A DNA stretch of 64,000 bases, taken from an uncultured Gemmatimonadales bacterium (GTDB lineage: Bacteria; Gemmatimonadota; Gemmatimonadetes; Longimicrobiales; RSA9). The notes under the pieces were generated by a model. The model did not search any database, was not told the DNA's origin, and saw nothing but the letters and a program-made list of their open reading frames with translations. Shown piece after piece: positions 18,942 to 29,093 of this stretch. Each line of letters begins with the position of its first letter. The first letter of the stretch is position 1. The position numbers and the translations under genes were made by a program. The DNA lies in assembly GCA_963798085.1 (NCBI GenBank), contig CAWCRS010000007.1:1024001-1088000 (forward strand), written 5' to 3'.

Positions 18942-19312
18942 AGCAGCGCGAGGGCACGCTCCGGGTCGCGCTGGCGTTTGCCGCGCTGATGGGTTCGCTC
19001 ACCACGGTGATCTGGCGCCAGAGCGGCGCACTCGAAGTGCTGCGTGACCTGGATGCGGCCAAGCGCGAGCGTGCCGCGGTGGAATCCGAGCGCAGCCGGT
19101 TGAGCGGTCGCATTCAGCAGCTCGAGAGTCGCGCTCGCATCATGACGGTGACGCAGGCGAACTGGGGTATGCGCGTGCCGTCGTCAGGCGAGGAATTCGT
19201 GCTGCTGCTGCCGCAGTCGGCTGCGGAAGGCGAGAGCCCCAGGGTGCAGCTGCGTTTTGCGCGCGCCGGCATCTTCGGCGGCGTGGCCGAGCTGCTGGGA
19301 GAGGGTCACTGA
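18938..19312 (+). CDS. ftsL: Cell division protein FtsL-like
   Basis: Single TM plus coiled coil; positioned between rsmH and ftsI. Confidence 0.7.
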   Translation: MKQREGTLRVALAFAALMGSLTTVIWRQSGALEVLRDLDAAKRERAAVESERSRLSGRIQQLESRARIMTVTQANWGMRVPSSGEEFVLLLPQSAAEGESPRVQLRFARAGIFGGVAELLGEGH

Positions 19313-21324
19313 TGCGCGGCCGCCGCCGCAACCCGGCCCGCGACCAGCACGAAAGCCGGCGCCAGCTGGCGCTGCTCGCTCTGCTGGGTCTCACCCTGAT
19401 CGAGCTGGCGCGCGCCTTCCAGGTGGGCGTGCTGCAGCACACGCGCTGGCTGCGTCGCGCCGAAGGGCAGCAGGGCGACACGGTGGCAGTGCCCGCGCCG
19501 CGAGGCACGATCTACGACCGTGACGGTGTGCCGCTGGCCTCGAGCCGTGAGGTGTACATCGTCGCGCTCGCACCGCGCGAGGTGACGGACACACCGCTGG
19601 TGCAGCGCCGTATGCGGCAGGAGCTGGGCCTCGACGCGCAGGAAATCCACGGCTACTTCGCGCGCCCCCGCAACTGGGCGCCGCTGCCCGGCCGCTACGA
19701 GGAGACGACGCGCGCGAAGCTGCAGGGCATCCGCGGTTTCTACACCGAGCCGGTCATGCGACGCTTCTATCCCCACGGTGATCTCGCGGCTGAGCTGCTG
19801 GGCAACGTCAACCTCTACGGTGAAGTAGCGGGCGGGGTCGAGCAGGAGCTGGACTCCATGCTGGCGGGCCGCAATGGCAAGGCGGTGAAGCGCATCGATT
19901 CGCGCGGACGCGCCATTCCTGGCGCCATGCTGCGGGTCACCGAGCCGGTGCCCGGCCAGGATGTCTATCTCACGGTCAATGCCGAGCTGCAGGAAATTGC
20001 CACTGACGCGCTGGTGAATGCGCTGAAGGACACGGGCGCGGATGGCGGCGAGATGCTGATCATCGATCCGCGCACGGGCGAGATCCTGGCGGCGGCCAGC
20101 CGCAGCACTAACAGCACTGTCAGGACGTGGACGGGTGCGACCGCGCCCTACGAGCCCGGGTCCACCATCAAGCCGTTCACAGTGGCCTCGCTGCTGGCGC
20201 AGGGCAGGGCCGCGCTTTCCGACAGCATTTATGCGGAGGAAGGCAGCTATCGCCTGAACGGACGCACCATCACGGACACGCATCCCAACGGCTGGCTGAC
20301 GCTGCGCCAGGCATTCCTCGAGTCATCGAACATCGTGATGGCCAAGGTATCCTCGCGCATGGAGCCGGCGGAGCAGTACCGGCTGCTGCGCGATTTCGGT
20401 TTCGGCGTGCCCACCGGTATCGAGTATCCGTCGGAGTCGGGCGGGCGCCTGCGCAAGCCCAATGACTGGTCGAAGCAGTCGCAGGCGAGTCTCGCGTTCG
20501 GTTACGAGATATCCGTCACGCCACTGCAGCTGGCCATGGCGTACGCGGCGCTGGCGAATGGCGGTGTGCTCATGGAGCCGCTGCTGGTGCGCGAGATCCG
20601 CGCGCGTGATGGCCGCATCTTCCGCTCGGCGGAACCGCACGCACTCCGGCGCGTGGTGCCATCGAGCGTGGCCGCGCAGATGCGTGAGCTGATGGCCGAA
20701 GTGGTGGAAAAGGGTACGGGCAAGAGCGCGTCGCTCGGTTCCTGGCGGGTCGCGGGCAAGACAGGCACCGCCCGTTACTCCGCGGGTGGCCATTACGTGA
20801 GTGGCGCGTACATCGCGACGTTCGCCGGATTCTTTCCGGCCGACGATCCGCAGATCGTCTTCCTGGTGAAGCTGGACCGACCGCGTGGGGATTACTACGC
20901 GTCGCAGACGGCGGCGCCGGTGACGCGCGCCACACTGCAGGCGGCGCTGGCCGCACGCGGCACGCCGCTGGACCGGGCCGCCATCATGCTGGCGGGTCCG
21001 GAAGTGTCCGCGGCAACGACGGCGCGCGGTCCGCGGCTGGTTTCCGCCGCGCGAACCGAGGTGTCAGCCGCAGCGGCCGCGGAGGAGCCCGTCGTGCTGC
21101 ATCCGGATGAGGCGCCGGCGAAGCAGCAGGCGGGTGAGGTAGCGCCCGCGAAGGTGCCGGACGTGGCCGGTGCTTCGCTGCGCAATGCGGTGCGCGCGCT
21201 GCATGTCGCGGGTTTCCGCGTGCGCGTCGAGGGCAGCGGCCGTGTGCGCGGCACCGTTCCCAATGCGGGTGCCGCGGTACGTGCGGGCGGCACGGTTGTC
21301 GTCGTGGCAGGAGGTGCGCAGTGA
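19312..21324 (+). CDS. ftsI: Class B penicillin-binding protein (FtsI) with C-terminal PASTA domain
   Basis: RGTIYDRDG, EPGSTIK (SxxK), SSN, KTGT; VPDVAG.SLR.A PASTA. Confidence 0.92.
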   Translation: MRGRRRNPARDQHESRRQLALLALLGLTLIELARAFQVGVLQHTRWLRRAEGQQGDTVAVPAPRGTIYDRDGVPLASSREVYIVALAPREVTDTPLVQRRMRQELGLDAQEIHGYFARPRNWAPLPGRYEETTRAKLQGIRGFYTEPVMRRFYPHGDLAAELLGNVNLYGEVAGGVEQELDSMLAGRNGKAVKRIDSRGRAIPGAMLRVTEPVPGQDVYLTVNAELQEIATDALVNALKDTGADGGEMLIIDPRTGEILAAASRSTNSTVRTWTGATAPYEPGSTIKPFTVASLLAQGRAALSDSIYAEEGSYRLNGRTITDTHPNGWLTLRQAFLESSNIVMAKVSSRMEPAEQYRLLRDFGFGVPTGIEYPSESGGRLRKPNDWSKQSQASLAFGYEISVTPLQLAMAYAALANGGVLMEPLLVREIRARDGRIFRSAEPHALRRVVPSSVAAQMRELMAEVVEKGTGKSASLGSWRVAGKTGTARYSAGGHYVSGAYIATFAGFFPADDPQIVFLVKLDRPRGDYYASQTAAPVTRATLQAALAARGTPLDRAAIMLAGPEVSAATTARGPRLVSAARTEVSAAAAAEEPVVLHPDEAPAKQQAGEVAPAKVPDVAGASLRNAVRALHVAGFRVRVEGSGRVRGTVPNAGAAVRAGGTVVVVAGGAQ

Positions 21325-22808
21325 GCGTGCCCCGCGAGGTCATGCTGCACACAGTGGCCGAGCGGCTGCGTTCGCTGCGTCTGCTGGTTGATGAATCGGG
21401 AGGCGATGCGCGCATCGCAGGCATCACGGACGACAGTCGCGCGGTGGAGTCCGGAGATCTGTTCTGCGCCTGGCAGGGTGTGGCGTTCGATGCGCACCAC
21501 GTCGTGGCGGATGCGGCGCGCGCGGGCGCTGCCGGTGCGCTGGTGGAGCACGCGGTCACGGAAGCAACCGACCTGCCGCAGCTGATCGCACGCGATGGCC
21601 GCCGCGCGGCATCAGTGGCTGCGGCGGTAGTGCTGGGGGATCCGCAGGACGAGCTGCGTGTCGTGGGTGTGACCGGGACGAACGGCAAGACCACATCGGT
21701 CTGGATGCTGCGCCATCTGCTGGCGGGCCGCTATCGCACGGCTTCGCTGGGCACGCTGGGTCTGTATCTCGATGATGGCAGCAAGCTCGAAGGCAGTGAG
21801 CGTCTCACCACGCCCGGACCGGTGGAACTGATCCGTGCGCTGCGCATGCTGGTGGATCGCGGTGTGGAAGCGGTCGCCATGGAAGTGTCGTCGCATGCGC
21901 TCGAGCAGGGCCGCGTGCACGCGCTGGGTTTCAATGTGGCGGTGTTCACCAACCTGACGCGCGATCATCTCGACTATCACGGCACGGAAGAAGCCTACCT
22001 TGCGGCCAAGCTGCTGCAGGTGGACCGGCTGCGGGAGAACGGCGTGGCGGTGATCAATGCACGCGTGCCGGCATGGGCCGGCGTGCGGCAACACGCCCGC
22101 CACGTGCTCAGCTTCGGCATCGACGTGGACGCAGACCTGCGCGCGTCGCACGTGATCGTGAATGGACAGGGCACCCGCTTCGTGTGCAGCCATCGCGGTG
22201 ATGTGGTGCCGGTCGAGCTGCCGCTGCTGGGCGCCTTCAACGTGGAGAACGCGCTGGGCGCGCTGGCCGCCTGTACGGCGCTGGGTCTGGACCTGCGGCA
22301 GAGCGCGCGGCGGCTCGCGGCCGTGCCGCAGGTGCCGGGCCGGCTGGAGCGCATTGGCGTCAAGCCGTGCCCGGTGCTGCGCGATTACGCGCACACCCCC
22401 GACGCGCTGGAGCGCGTACTGCAGGTGCTGCGGCCGCTGACGCGCGGCCGGCTGATCGTGGTGTTCGGTGCGGGCGGCGACCGCGATCCGGGCAAGCGCC
22501 CGCTCATGGGCGCCGTGGCGGCTGCGAACTCCAATGTCAGCATCGTCACTTCCGACAATCCGCGCACCGAGGCGCCGGACGCGATCATCGACCAGATCGT
22601 GGCGGGCATGCCGGAGCACCGCCGGCTGCGCATCACGGACCGGCGCGCCGCCATCGCGCAGGCGCTGGGCATGACGGGACCGGCGGATCTGCTGCTGCTC
22701 GCGGGCAAGGGTCATGAGACGTACCAGGTGCTGGGCACGACGAAGGTGCCGTTCGACGAGCAGCGCATCGTGCAGGAGCTGACGGCGGGTGGTGGAGGTG
22801 GCGCATGA
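21321..22808 (+). CDS. murE: UDP-MurNAc-dipeptide--meso-DAP ligase MurE
   Basis: GVTGTNGKTT, MEVSSH, DYAHTPD, DNPR (DAP-type), AGKGHETYQ. Confidence 0.96.
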   Translation: MSVPREVMLHTVAERLRSLRLLVDESGGDARIAGITDDSRAVESGDLFCAWQGVAFDAHHVVADAARAGAAGALVEHAVTEATDLPQLIARDGRRAASVAAAVVLGDPQDELRVVGVTGTNGKTTSVWMLRHLLAGRYRTASLGTLGLYLDDGSKLEGSERLTTPGPVELIRALRMLVDRGVEAVAMEVSSHALEQGRVHALGFNVAVFTNLTRDHLDYHGTEEAYLAAKLLQVDRLRENGVAVINARVPAWAGVRQHARHVLSFGIDVDADLRASHVIVNGQGTRFVCSHRGDVVPVELPLLGAFNVENALGALAACTALGLDLRQSARRLAAVPQVPGRLERIGVKPCPVLRDYAHTPDALERVLQVLRPLTRGRLIVVFGAGGDRDPGKRPLMGAVAAANSNVSIVTSDNPRTEAPDAIIDQIVAGMPEHRRLRITDRRAAIAQALGMTGPADLLLLAGKGHETYQVLGTTKVPFDEQRIVQELTAGGGGGA

Positions 22809-24322
22809 TCGCCTGGACCAATGCCAACGTGACCGCGGCTCTGGGTCTGGGCAATGCGGCCGGAGGCGAGACGCTTGCGTACACCGGTGTCAGCACGGAC
22901 ACGCGCACGTTGACGCCTGGCAGCCTGTTCGTGGCGCTGCGCGGCGAGAATCACGACGCGCACAATTTCCTGGCTGACGCGGCACAGGCGGGTGCGCGCG
23001 CGGCCATTGTCGAGCGCATCCCGGCAAGCCCGCCCCCGGGCGTGCGCTGGATCGTGGTGCCGGACACTCTGGTGGCGCTGGGCCTGCTGGCGCGCTTCCA
23101 TCGCCGGCGCATGGCGGCGCGCGTCGTCGCCATCGCCGGATCCAACGGCAAGACCACGACCAAGGAGATGATCCGCAGCGTGCTGGCCGTGCGCTACCGC
23201 GTGCACGCGACGCCGGGAAATCTGAACAACCTCGTGGGGGTGCCGCTGACACTGCTGGGCGCGCCCATGGATACGGAAGTCATTGTTGCAGAACTCGGCA
23301 CGAACGTGCCGGGTGAGGTGGGCCGGTTGGCGGGGATCGCGGAGCCGGATGCGGCCGTGATCACCACCGTTTCCGCGGAACACCTCGAAGGTCTGGGCGA
23401 CCTGGACGGCGTCCTGCGCGAGGAGACATCCGTACTGCCGTGGCTGCCACGGCACTCGCCTGCAGTGGTACCGGACGAACCGCCCGTGCTGGAGCTTCGA
23501 GCGCGCGAGCTGGCTGATGATGTGCGAGTAGCGGGTTTCAGCGACCGGGCCGATCCGATCTTCCGGGGTTCTGCACTGTCACTCGACAATGAGGGACGCG
23601 TGCGTTTTCGCTGGGCGGGACGTGACGTGGCGCTCCGTCTGCACGGAAGACACAACGGCCGGAACGCAATGCTCGCGCTGGCACTGGGCCGGCTCTGGGA
23701 TGTGGAGGATCAGGCCGCAGTGATGGCGCTCGGCCGGATCGATCCGCCCAGAATGCGCGCCGAGTTCCATCACTATGGCGCACTGACCGTGATCGTGGAC
23801 TGCTACAACGCGAATCCGGGCAGTGTCACAGCGGCCATCGACCTGCTGGTACACGTGCCGCGACGCGGCGGCCGTGTGGCTGTACTGGGGACAATGCGCG
23901 AGCTGGGTGAACAGACCGCGCGCCTGCATGAGGAAGCGGCGCGCGCCGCAGCGAGTGAGGACATCGATCTGATCGTGGCGACCGGCGAGTTCGCGCAGGC
24001 GTTCCGTGCGCTGCCGGGCGTCGCGGCGGACCGGCTGATCATCGAAGACGACCCGGACAGCGCGTTCGCGCAGATGGCGACGCGCTTGCAGGGAAGCGAA
24101 GTCGTGCTGCTCAAGGCATCGCGCGGCGTACGCATGGAGCGTCTGCTGCCGCGCTTCGAGGAGAAGTGGGGAGTGCTCCACCCGCACGGGGAGGCCTTCG
24201 GGTCGCGGGCGAGCGGTTCGGTCACCGGTGATCGTGGCGACACGGCATCGGCGGAGCACTTCCCATCAGACAGCGAGGGACCGGGGCCGCGGGCGCATCA
24301 CCGCGCCAGCCTGCGGGGGTGA
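22805..24322 (+). CDS. murF: UDP-MurNAc-tripeptide--D-Ala-D-Ala ligase MurF
   Basis: GSNGKTTTKEM, NLNNLVGVP, DCYNANP, GTMRELG, KASRG. Confidence 0.95.
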   Translation: MIAWTNANVTAALGLGNAAGGETLAYTGVSTDTRTLTPGSLFVALRGENHDAHNFLADAAQAGARAAIVERIPASPPPGVRWIVVPDTLVALGLLARFHRRRMAARVVAIAGSNGKTTTKEMIRSVLAVRYRVHATPGNLNNLVGVPLTLLGAPMDTEVIVAELGTNVPGEVGRLAGIAEPDAAVITTVSAEHLEGLGDLDGVLREETSVLPWLPRHSPAVVPDEPPVLELRARELADDVRVAGFSDRADPIFRGSALSLDNEGRVRFRWAGRDVALRLHGRHNGRNAMLALALGRLWDVEDQAAVMALGRIDPPRMRAEFHHYGALTVIVDCYNANPGSVTAAIDLLVHVPRRGGRVAVLGTMRELGEQTARLHEEAARAAASEDIDLIVATGEFAQAFRALPGVAADRLIIEDDPDSAFAQMATRLQGSEVVLLKASRGVRMERLLPRFEEKWGVLHPHGEAFGSRASGSVTGDRGDTASAEHFPSDSEGPGPRAHHRASLRG

Positions 24323-24333
24323 GGAAGCCGCCG

Positions 24334-25440
24334 GTGCTCTATCATCTGCTGGCGCCACTGGCGCATCGCAACATCATCTTCAATCTCTTCAACTACATCA
24401 CATTCCGCCTGGCGGGCGGCATGGCGACGGCGATCGTGCTGTCGTTCGTGCTGGGGCCGCCCATCATCCGCAGCCTGCGCCGGCTGCGCGTGGGCCAGGT
24501 GATCCGCGCGGAAGGGCCGCAGTCGCACCTGGGCAAGGCGGGCACGCCCACCATGGGTGGCGTGCTCATCATCAGCTCGGCGGTGATTGCCACGCTGCTG
24601 TGGGCGCAGCTAACCAATCCTTACACGCTCATCGCGCTGGCCGTGCTGGTCTCCCTGGGCGCCATCGGCTTCCTGGACGACTACCTCAAGGTGGTGCGGC
24701 GGCGCACGGAAGGCCTGGTCGGACGCTACAAGCTGTTCGGGCAGTGCCTCGTGGGCGGCGCCATCGGCGTGTACCTGCTGCTGAACCCGATCAGCCCCAT
24801 GCCTACCCACTGGACGGGTCTGCCCCTCTTCTCCGACCTGCACGTCGAGATGTTCGCGCCGCTTTTCGTGCCCTGGGTAATGCTGGTGTTAGCGGGCAGC
24901 TCGAACGCGGTGAACCTGACCGACGGGCTGGACGGACTGGCGGGCGGCCTGGCCGCCATTGCCGCGAGCGCGTTCGGCGTCTTCGCCTACCTGATGGGTC
25001 GTATCAATGCCTCACGCTATCTGGGGCTCTTCTACCTGCCGGGCGCCGGCGAGCTGTCCATCTTCTGCGTGGCGCTCTCCGGCGCCACGCTGGGCTTCCT
25101 CTGGTACAACGCGCACCCCGCCGAGCTGTTCATGGGAGACACCGGCTCGCTGGCGCTGGGCGGCGTGCTGGGTACCGTCGCGATTCTGCTGAAGTCGGAG
25201 TTCCTGCTGCTGATCATTGGCGGCGTGTTCGTCGCGGAAGCGCTTTCCGTGATGCTGCAGGTCAGCTGGTTCAAGTACACACGCCGCCGTTTCGGCGAGG
25301 GCCGGCGCCTGCTGCGCATGGCGCCGCTGCACCACCACTTCGAGAAGTCGGGGTGGCCCGAGAGCAAGATCATTATCCGCTTCTGGATCCTGGGCATTCT
25401 GTGCGCGCTGCTGGGCCTGAGCACGATGAAGATCCGGTGA
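24334..25440 (+). CDS. mraY: Phospho-MurNAc-pentapeptide transferase MraY
   Basis: GTPTMGG, GFLDDY, NAVNLTDGLDGL, FMGDTGSL, MAPLHHHFE. Confidence 0.97.
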   Translation: MLYHLLAPLAHRNIIFNLFNYITFRLAGGMATAIVLSFVLGPPIIRSLRRLRVGQVIRAEGPQSHLGKAGTPTMGGVLIISSAVIATLLWAQLTNPYTLIALAVLVSLGAIGFLDDYLKVVRRRTEGLVGRYKLFGQCLVGGAIGVYLLLNPISPMPTHWTGLPLFSDLHVEMFAPLFVPWVMLVLAGSSNAVNLTDGLDGLAGGLAAIAASAFGVFAYLMGRINASRYLGLFYLPGAGELSIFCVALSGATLGFLWYNAHPAELFMGDTGSLALGGVLGTVAILLKSEFLLLIIGGVFVAEALSVMLQVSWFKYTRRRFGEGRRLLRMAPLHHHFEKSGWPESKIIIRFWILGILCALLGLSTMKIR

Positions 25441-26804
25441 GCGCGCGCATCGGCATTCTGGGTCTGGGCCGCAGCGGGCGCGCGGCCGCGCGTCTGGCGC
25501 TGGCCCGTGGTAACAGTGTGTATGCATCGGACAGCGGCGACACGGAGGAGCTGCGTGCGGCGGCGGCGGAGGTCCGTGCCGCCGGCGGCGAGGCCGCTGT
25601 GGGCGGCCACGCGATCGCCGTGCTGGCGCAGTGTGATTTCATCGTGGTGAGTCCCGGCATTCCGCGCGGCGCGCCCGTCCTGAACGACGCCCGCCTGGCG
25701 GGCATTCCCATGATCCCCGAGCTGGAGTTCGCGTTCCGTCATCTGGATGCGCCCGTGATCGGCGTTACCGGCACGAACGGCAAGAGCACGACGACGGCGC
25801 TGGCCGCGCACCTGCTGCAGACGGCCGACTTCGATGCGCCGGCCGCGGGCAACATCGGATTGGCGCTCTCGGAAGTGGCGCTGCGCGAGGAGCCGCCGGA
25901 CTGGGTGGTCGTCGAGGCCAGCTCGTTCCAGCTGGCGGGCATCGACAGCTTCGCGCCGCGCATCGGCGTGGTGACGAATCTCTCGCCCGATCACCTCGAC
26001 CGCTATGCGTCCGTCGACGACTACTACGCGGACAAGGCGAAGCTCTTCCGCAACGCCGTGCCGTCGAACGTCTGGGTGCTGAACGGCGAGGATGCCGCGG
26101 CGCGTGCGCTGCCGGGCGAGGCGGCGGGCGAGCGGCAGTACTTCCGTGCCGAGTCCGCGCTCGCGGCCCGCGAACACGGTGGTTACGTGGCCGCGGACGG
26201 CGGTCTGATGCTGCGCGCAGCGGAAGGCGACACGCGCCTGCTGAATGTGAGCGAGCTGCGCATCGGCGGCCGGCACAATCACGCGAACGCGCTGGCCGCG
26301 ACGCTGGCGGCCGTGGCGGCGGGCGCGGATCGCGCGGCCCTGCAGGAGGGCCTGCGCAGCTTCGCCGGACTGGAACACCGCCTCGAGCCCGTGCTGGAAT
26401 CAAACGGCGTGTTATGGGTCAACGACTCCAAGGCGACGAACGTGGGCTCGACGCTGGTCGCGCTGCGCAGTATGACGCGGCCGACGGTGCTGCTGCTGGG
26501 TGGCCGGCACAAGGGCGAGCCGTACACCACGCTGCTCTCCGCGATGGGGCCCGTACGCGTGGTGGTGGCATACGGCGAGGCGGCGGAGCGCGTGGCCGGC
26601 GATCTGGGGCCGCACGTGCGCGTGGAGCGCGTGTCCGGTCGGTTCGAGGATGTGATGGCGAAGGCCGCCGCGCTGGCGCGACCGGGTGACGTCGTGCTGC
26701 TCTCGCCCGCGTGTTCCAGCTACGACATGTTCCGCAACTACGAAGAGCGGGGTCGCCGTTTCAAGGAGCTGGCGGCGAGGCAGGCCGAGGTGCTGCATGG
26801 CTAG
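25437..26804 (+). CDS. murD: UDP-MurNAc-L-Ala--D-Glu ligase MurD
   Basis: GLGRSG, TGTNGKSTT, SSFQL, DHLDRY, NDSKATN, LSPACSSYD. Confidence 0.96.
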   Translation: MSARIGILGLGRSGRAAARLALARGNSVYASDSGDTEELRAAAAEVRAAGGEAAVGGHAIAVLAQCDFIVVSPGIPRGAPVLNDARLAGIPMIPELEFAFRHLDAPVIGVTGTNGKSTTTALAAHLLQTADFDAPAAGNIGLALSEVALREEPPDWVVVEASSFQLAGIDSFAPRIGVVTNLSPDHLDRYASVDDYYADKAKLFRNAVPSNVWVLNGEDAAARALPGEAAGERQYFRAESALAAREHGGYVAADGGLMLRAAEGDTRLLNVSELRIGGRHNHANALAATLAAVAAGADRAALQEGLRSFAGLEHRLEPVLESNGVLWVNDSKATNVGSTLVALRSMTRPTVLLLGGRHKGEPYTTLLSAMGPVRVVVAYGEAAERVAGDLGPHVRVERVSGRFEDVMAKAAALARPGDVVLLSPACSSYDMFRNYEERGRRFKELAARQAEVLHG

Positions 26805-27966
26805 CGCGGTCGCCGTTCCCGCGGTGGACTACGGCGGGCGGCGTCGTTCGCGGCTGGGCACCGGCTGGGAAGCGCCGGCGCTGCTCTCGCTCACGATCTT
26901 CGCGCTGTGTGCCGGGCTGGTCAGCGTCTACAGCGCGAGTGCGGTGAAAGCGCAGTCCGACGGGCTGCCGCACTACACGTTCATGGTGCGCCAGCTGGCG
27001 GGCGCCACGGCGGGTCTCGTGCTGCTGGTGCTGGCGGCGGTGATCGACTACCGGCGCTGGCGGCTGCTGGCCTGGCCGCTGCTGCTGCTTACGGTGCTGG
27101 CGCTGCTGGTCGTGATCACACCGGGCACACAGCCGATTGCACCCGTGGTGAACGGAGCACGCCGCTGGCTGGTGCTGGGCCCGCTCGTGATCCAGCCTTC
27201 GGAGTTTGCCAAACTCGCACTTATCGCATGGACGGCGGCGCTGGCGGTGAAGAAGCAGGAGAAGCTGCGCAGTCTGAGCCGCGGACTGCTGCCTTTCCTG
27301 GCGGTGTGGTTCGTGGTGGGCGGCCTGATCGCGCTGGAGCCCGGCCTTTCCGCGGCCATGCTGACACTGTTGTTCGCAGCCCTGGTGGTGTTCGCTGCGG
27401 GCGCACGCATCGGCCATTTCCTCGCGCTCGGGCTGGTGGCCGTGCCGCTGCTGGTCAGTCAGGTGAGTCACATTGCCTACCGCGTGAATCGCATTGCCGC
27501 GTTCCGCGACATGTCGCGCGACGTGGGTGGCGTCAGCTACCAGATCAACCAGGCGCTCATTGCCCTGGGCAGCGGGGGCCTGCTGGGGCGAGGCTTCGGT
27601 CACGGCCAGCAGAAGTTCGGCTTCCTGCCGGAACCGCACAACGACTTCATTCTGGCCATGATCGGCGAGGAGTGGGGGTTCCTCGGCGTAGCGGTGCTGA
27701 TCGTGCTCTTCGGGCTGTTCGCGCTGGTCGGTTATCGCATCGCGCGGCAGGCGCCAGACCTCTTCGGCTTCCTGCTCGCCATCGGGCTGACCAACCTGAT
27801 CGCGCTGCAGGCCATCCTGCACATCGCCGTGAATCTGTCGCTGCTGCCCACGACGGGTGTGACGCTGCCGTTCGTGTCGTACGGGCGCTCCAGCCTGCTG
27901 GTGTGCCTGGCCGCCGTGGGTGTGCTGCTCAACATCGCCCGCCAGTCCGGGCGGAGGACGGAGTGA
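26797..27966 (+). CDS. ftsW: SEDS peptidoglycan polymerase FtsW
   Basis: NGARRW, QPSEFAK, LPEPHNDFI, EEWG, TGVTLPFVSYG. Confidence 0.95.
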   Translation: MASAVAVPAVDYGGRRRSRLGTGWEAPALLSLTIFALCAGLVSVYSASAVKAQSDGLPHYTFMVRQLAGATAGLVLLVLAAVIDYRRWRLLAWPLLLLTVLALLVVITPGTQPIAPVVNGARRWLVLGPLVIQPSEFAKLALIAWTAALAVKKQEKLRSLSRGLLPFLAVWFVVGGLIALEPGLSAAMLTLLFAALVVFAAGARIGHFLALGLVAVPLLVSQVSHIAYRVNRIAAFRDMSRDVGGVSYQINQALIALGSGGLLGRGFGHGQQKFGFLPEPHNDFILAMIGEEWGFLGVAVLIVLFGLFALVGYRIARQAPDLFGFLLAIGLTNLIALQAILHIAVNLSLLPTTGVTLPFVSYGRSSLLVCLAAVGVLLNIARQSGRRTE

Positions 27967-29093
27967 GGCGGGTGCTCTTCGCGGGCGGCGGCACCGGCGG
28001 GCACCTGTATCCGGCCCTGGCTCTGGCGGCAGCGCTGGAGGAGCAGGCCAGCGACATAACCGTGCATTTCGTGGGTGCCAGGCGCGGCGTCGAAGCCCGC
28101 GTGCTGCCGCGCCGGGGCGTAGCGCACACGCTGCTGCCGATGGAGCCCATCTATCGTTCGCGCGTGCTGCGCAACTGGCGGTTAGGGCCCTCGCTGGTGC
28201 GCAGCCTGAGCGGCATTGCCGCGCTGTTCCGTCGCTTCCGCCCGCAGCTGGTGGTGGGCATGGGCGGCTACGCCAGCGCGCCGGCCTGTCTCTGGGCGGT
28301 GGCGCGGCGGGTGCCCATGGCGGTGCAGGAGCAGAATGCGAATCCGGGCGTGACCACGAAGCTGCTGGCGAGGTGGGCGAAGCAGGTGCACCTGGGATTT
28401 CCCGAAGCGGAGCGGGCGCTGCGCCCGGGCCCGCGAACACGTGTGTTCGCACTGGGCAATCCCATTCAGCCGCCCACGGCCGGAGCGCAGCGTGTGGAGA
28501 GTCGCGAAAGCCTGGGGCTGCCGGCGAGCGCGATGGTCGTGCTGATCGTGGGCGGCAGCCAGGGCGCGCATGCCGTGAACCAGGCGCTGCTGGTCGCCAT
28601 CGAGCGCGTGGTGCGGGGGATTGCCACCAGGCCGGCTGCATTGCAGCTGCTGTGGGCCACCGGTCCCGCACACGAGGCCGCGGTGCAGACGCAGCTGGCC
28701 GCGCTGGGCGTGGGCGCCTGGGTGCACGCACTGGGCTACATCGACGACATGCCGCGCGCGCTGGCGGCGACGGACATCGCCGTGTCGCGGGCGGGGGCGA
28801 TGATGACAGCGGAGTTACTGGCCTGGGGCATTCCCACGCTGCTGGTGCCGCTGCCCACCGCCGCGGCGGATCACCAGACGAAGAATGCACGCGCACTGGA
28901 GGCGGCGGGTGCGGCGGTGTGCATCGAGGAGTCGTCGCTCACACCCGAGCGGCTGTGGGACGCGCTGCTGCGCGTGGCTGGCGATGAAGCGACGCGCGCG
29001 CGCATGGCGGCGGCGGCGCGGCAGCGGGCGCGGCCCGACGCGGCGCGGGACATTGCGCGCGAACTGCTCACGCTGCTGCCGGTCGCATCATGA
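27963..29093 (+). CDS. murG: Lipid II GlcNAc transferase MurG
   Basis: GGGTGGHLYP, GGYAS, EQNANPG, GGSQGA, SRAGA, HQTKNA. Confidence 0.96.
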   Translation: MRRVLFAGGGTGGHLYPALALAAALEEQASDITVHFVGARRGVEARVLPRRGVAHTLLPMEPIYRSRVLRNWRLGPSLVRSLSGIAALFRRFRPQLVVGMGGYASAPACLWAVARRVPMAVQEQNANPGVTTKLLARWAKQVHLGFPEAERALRPGPRTRVFALGNPIQPPTAGAQRVESRESLGLPASAMVVLIVGGSQGAHAVNQALLVAIERVVRGIATRPAALQLLWATGPAHEAAVQTQLAALGVGAWVHALGYIDDMPRALAATDIAVSRAGAMMTAELLAWGIPTLLVPLPTAAADHQTKNARALEAAGAAVCIEESSLTPERLWDALLRVAGDEATRARMAAAARQRARPDAARDIARELLTLLPVAS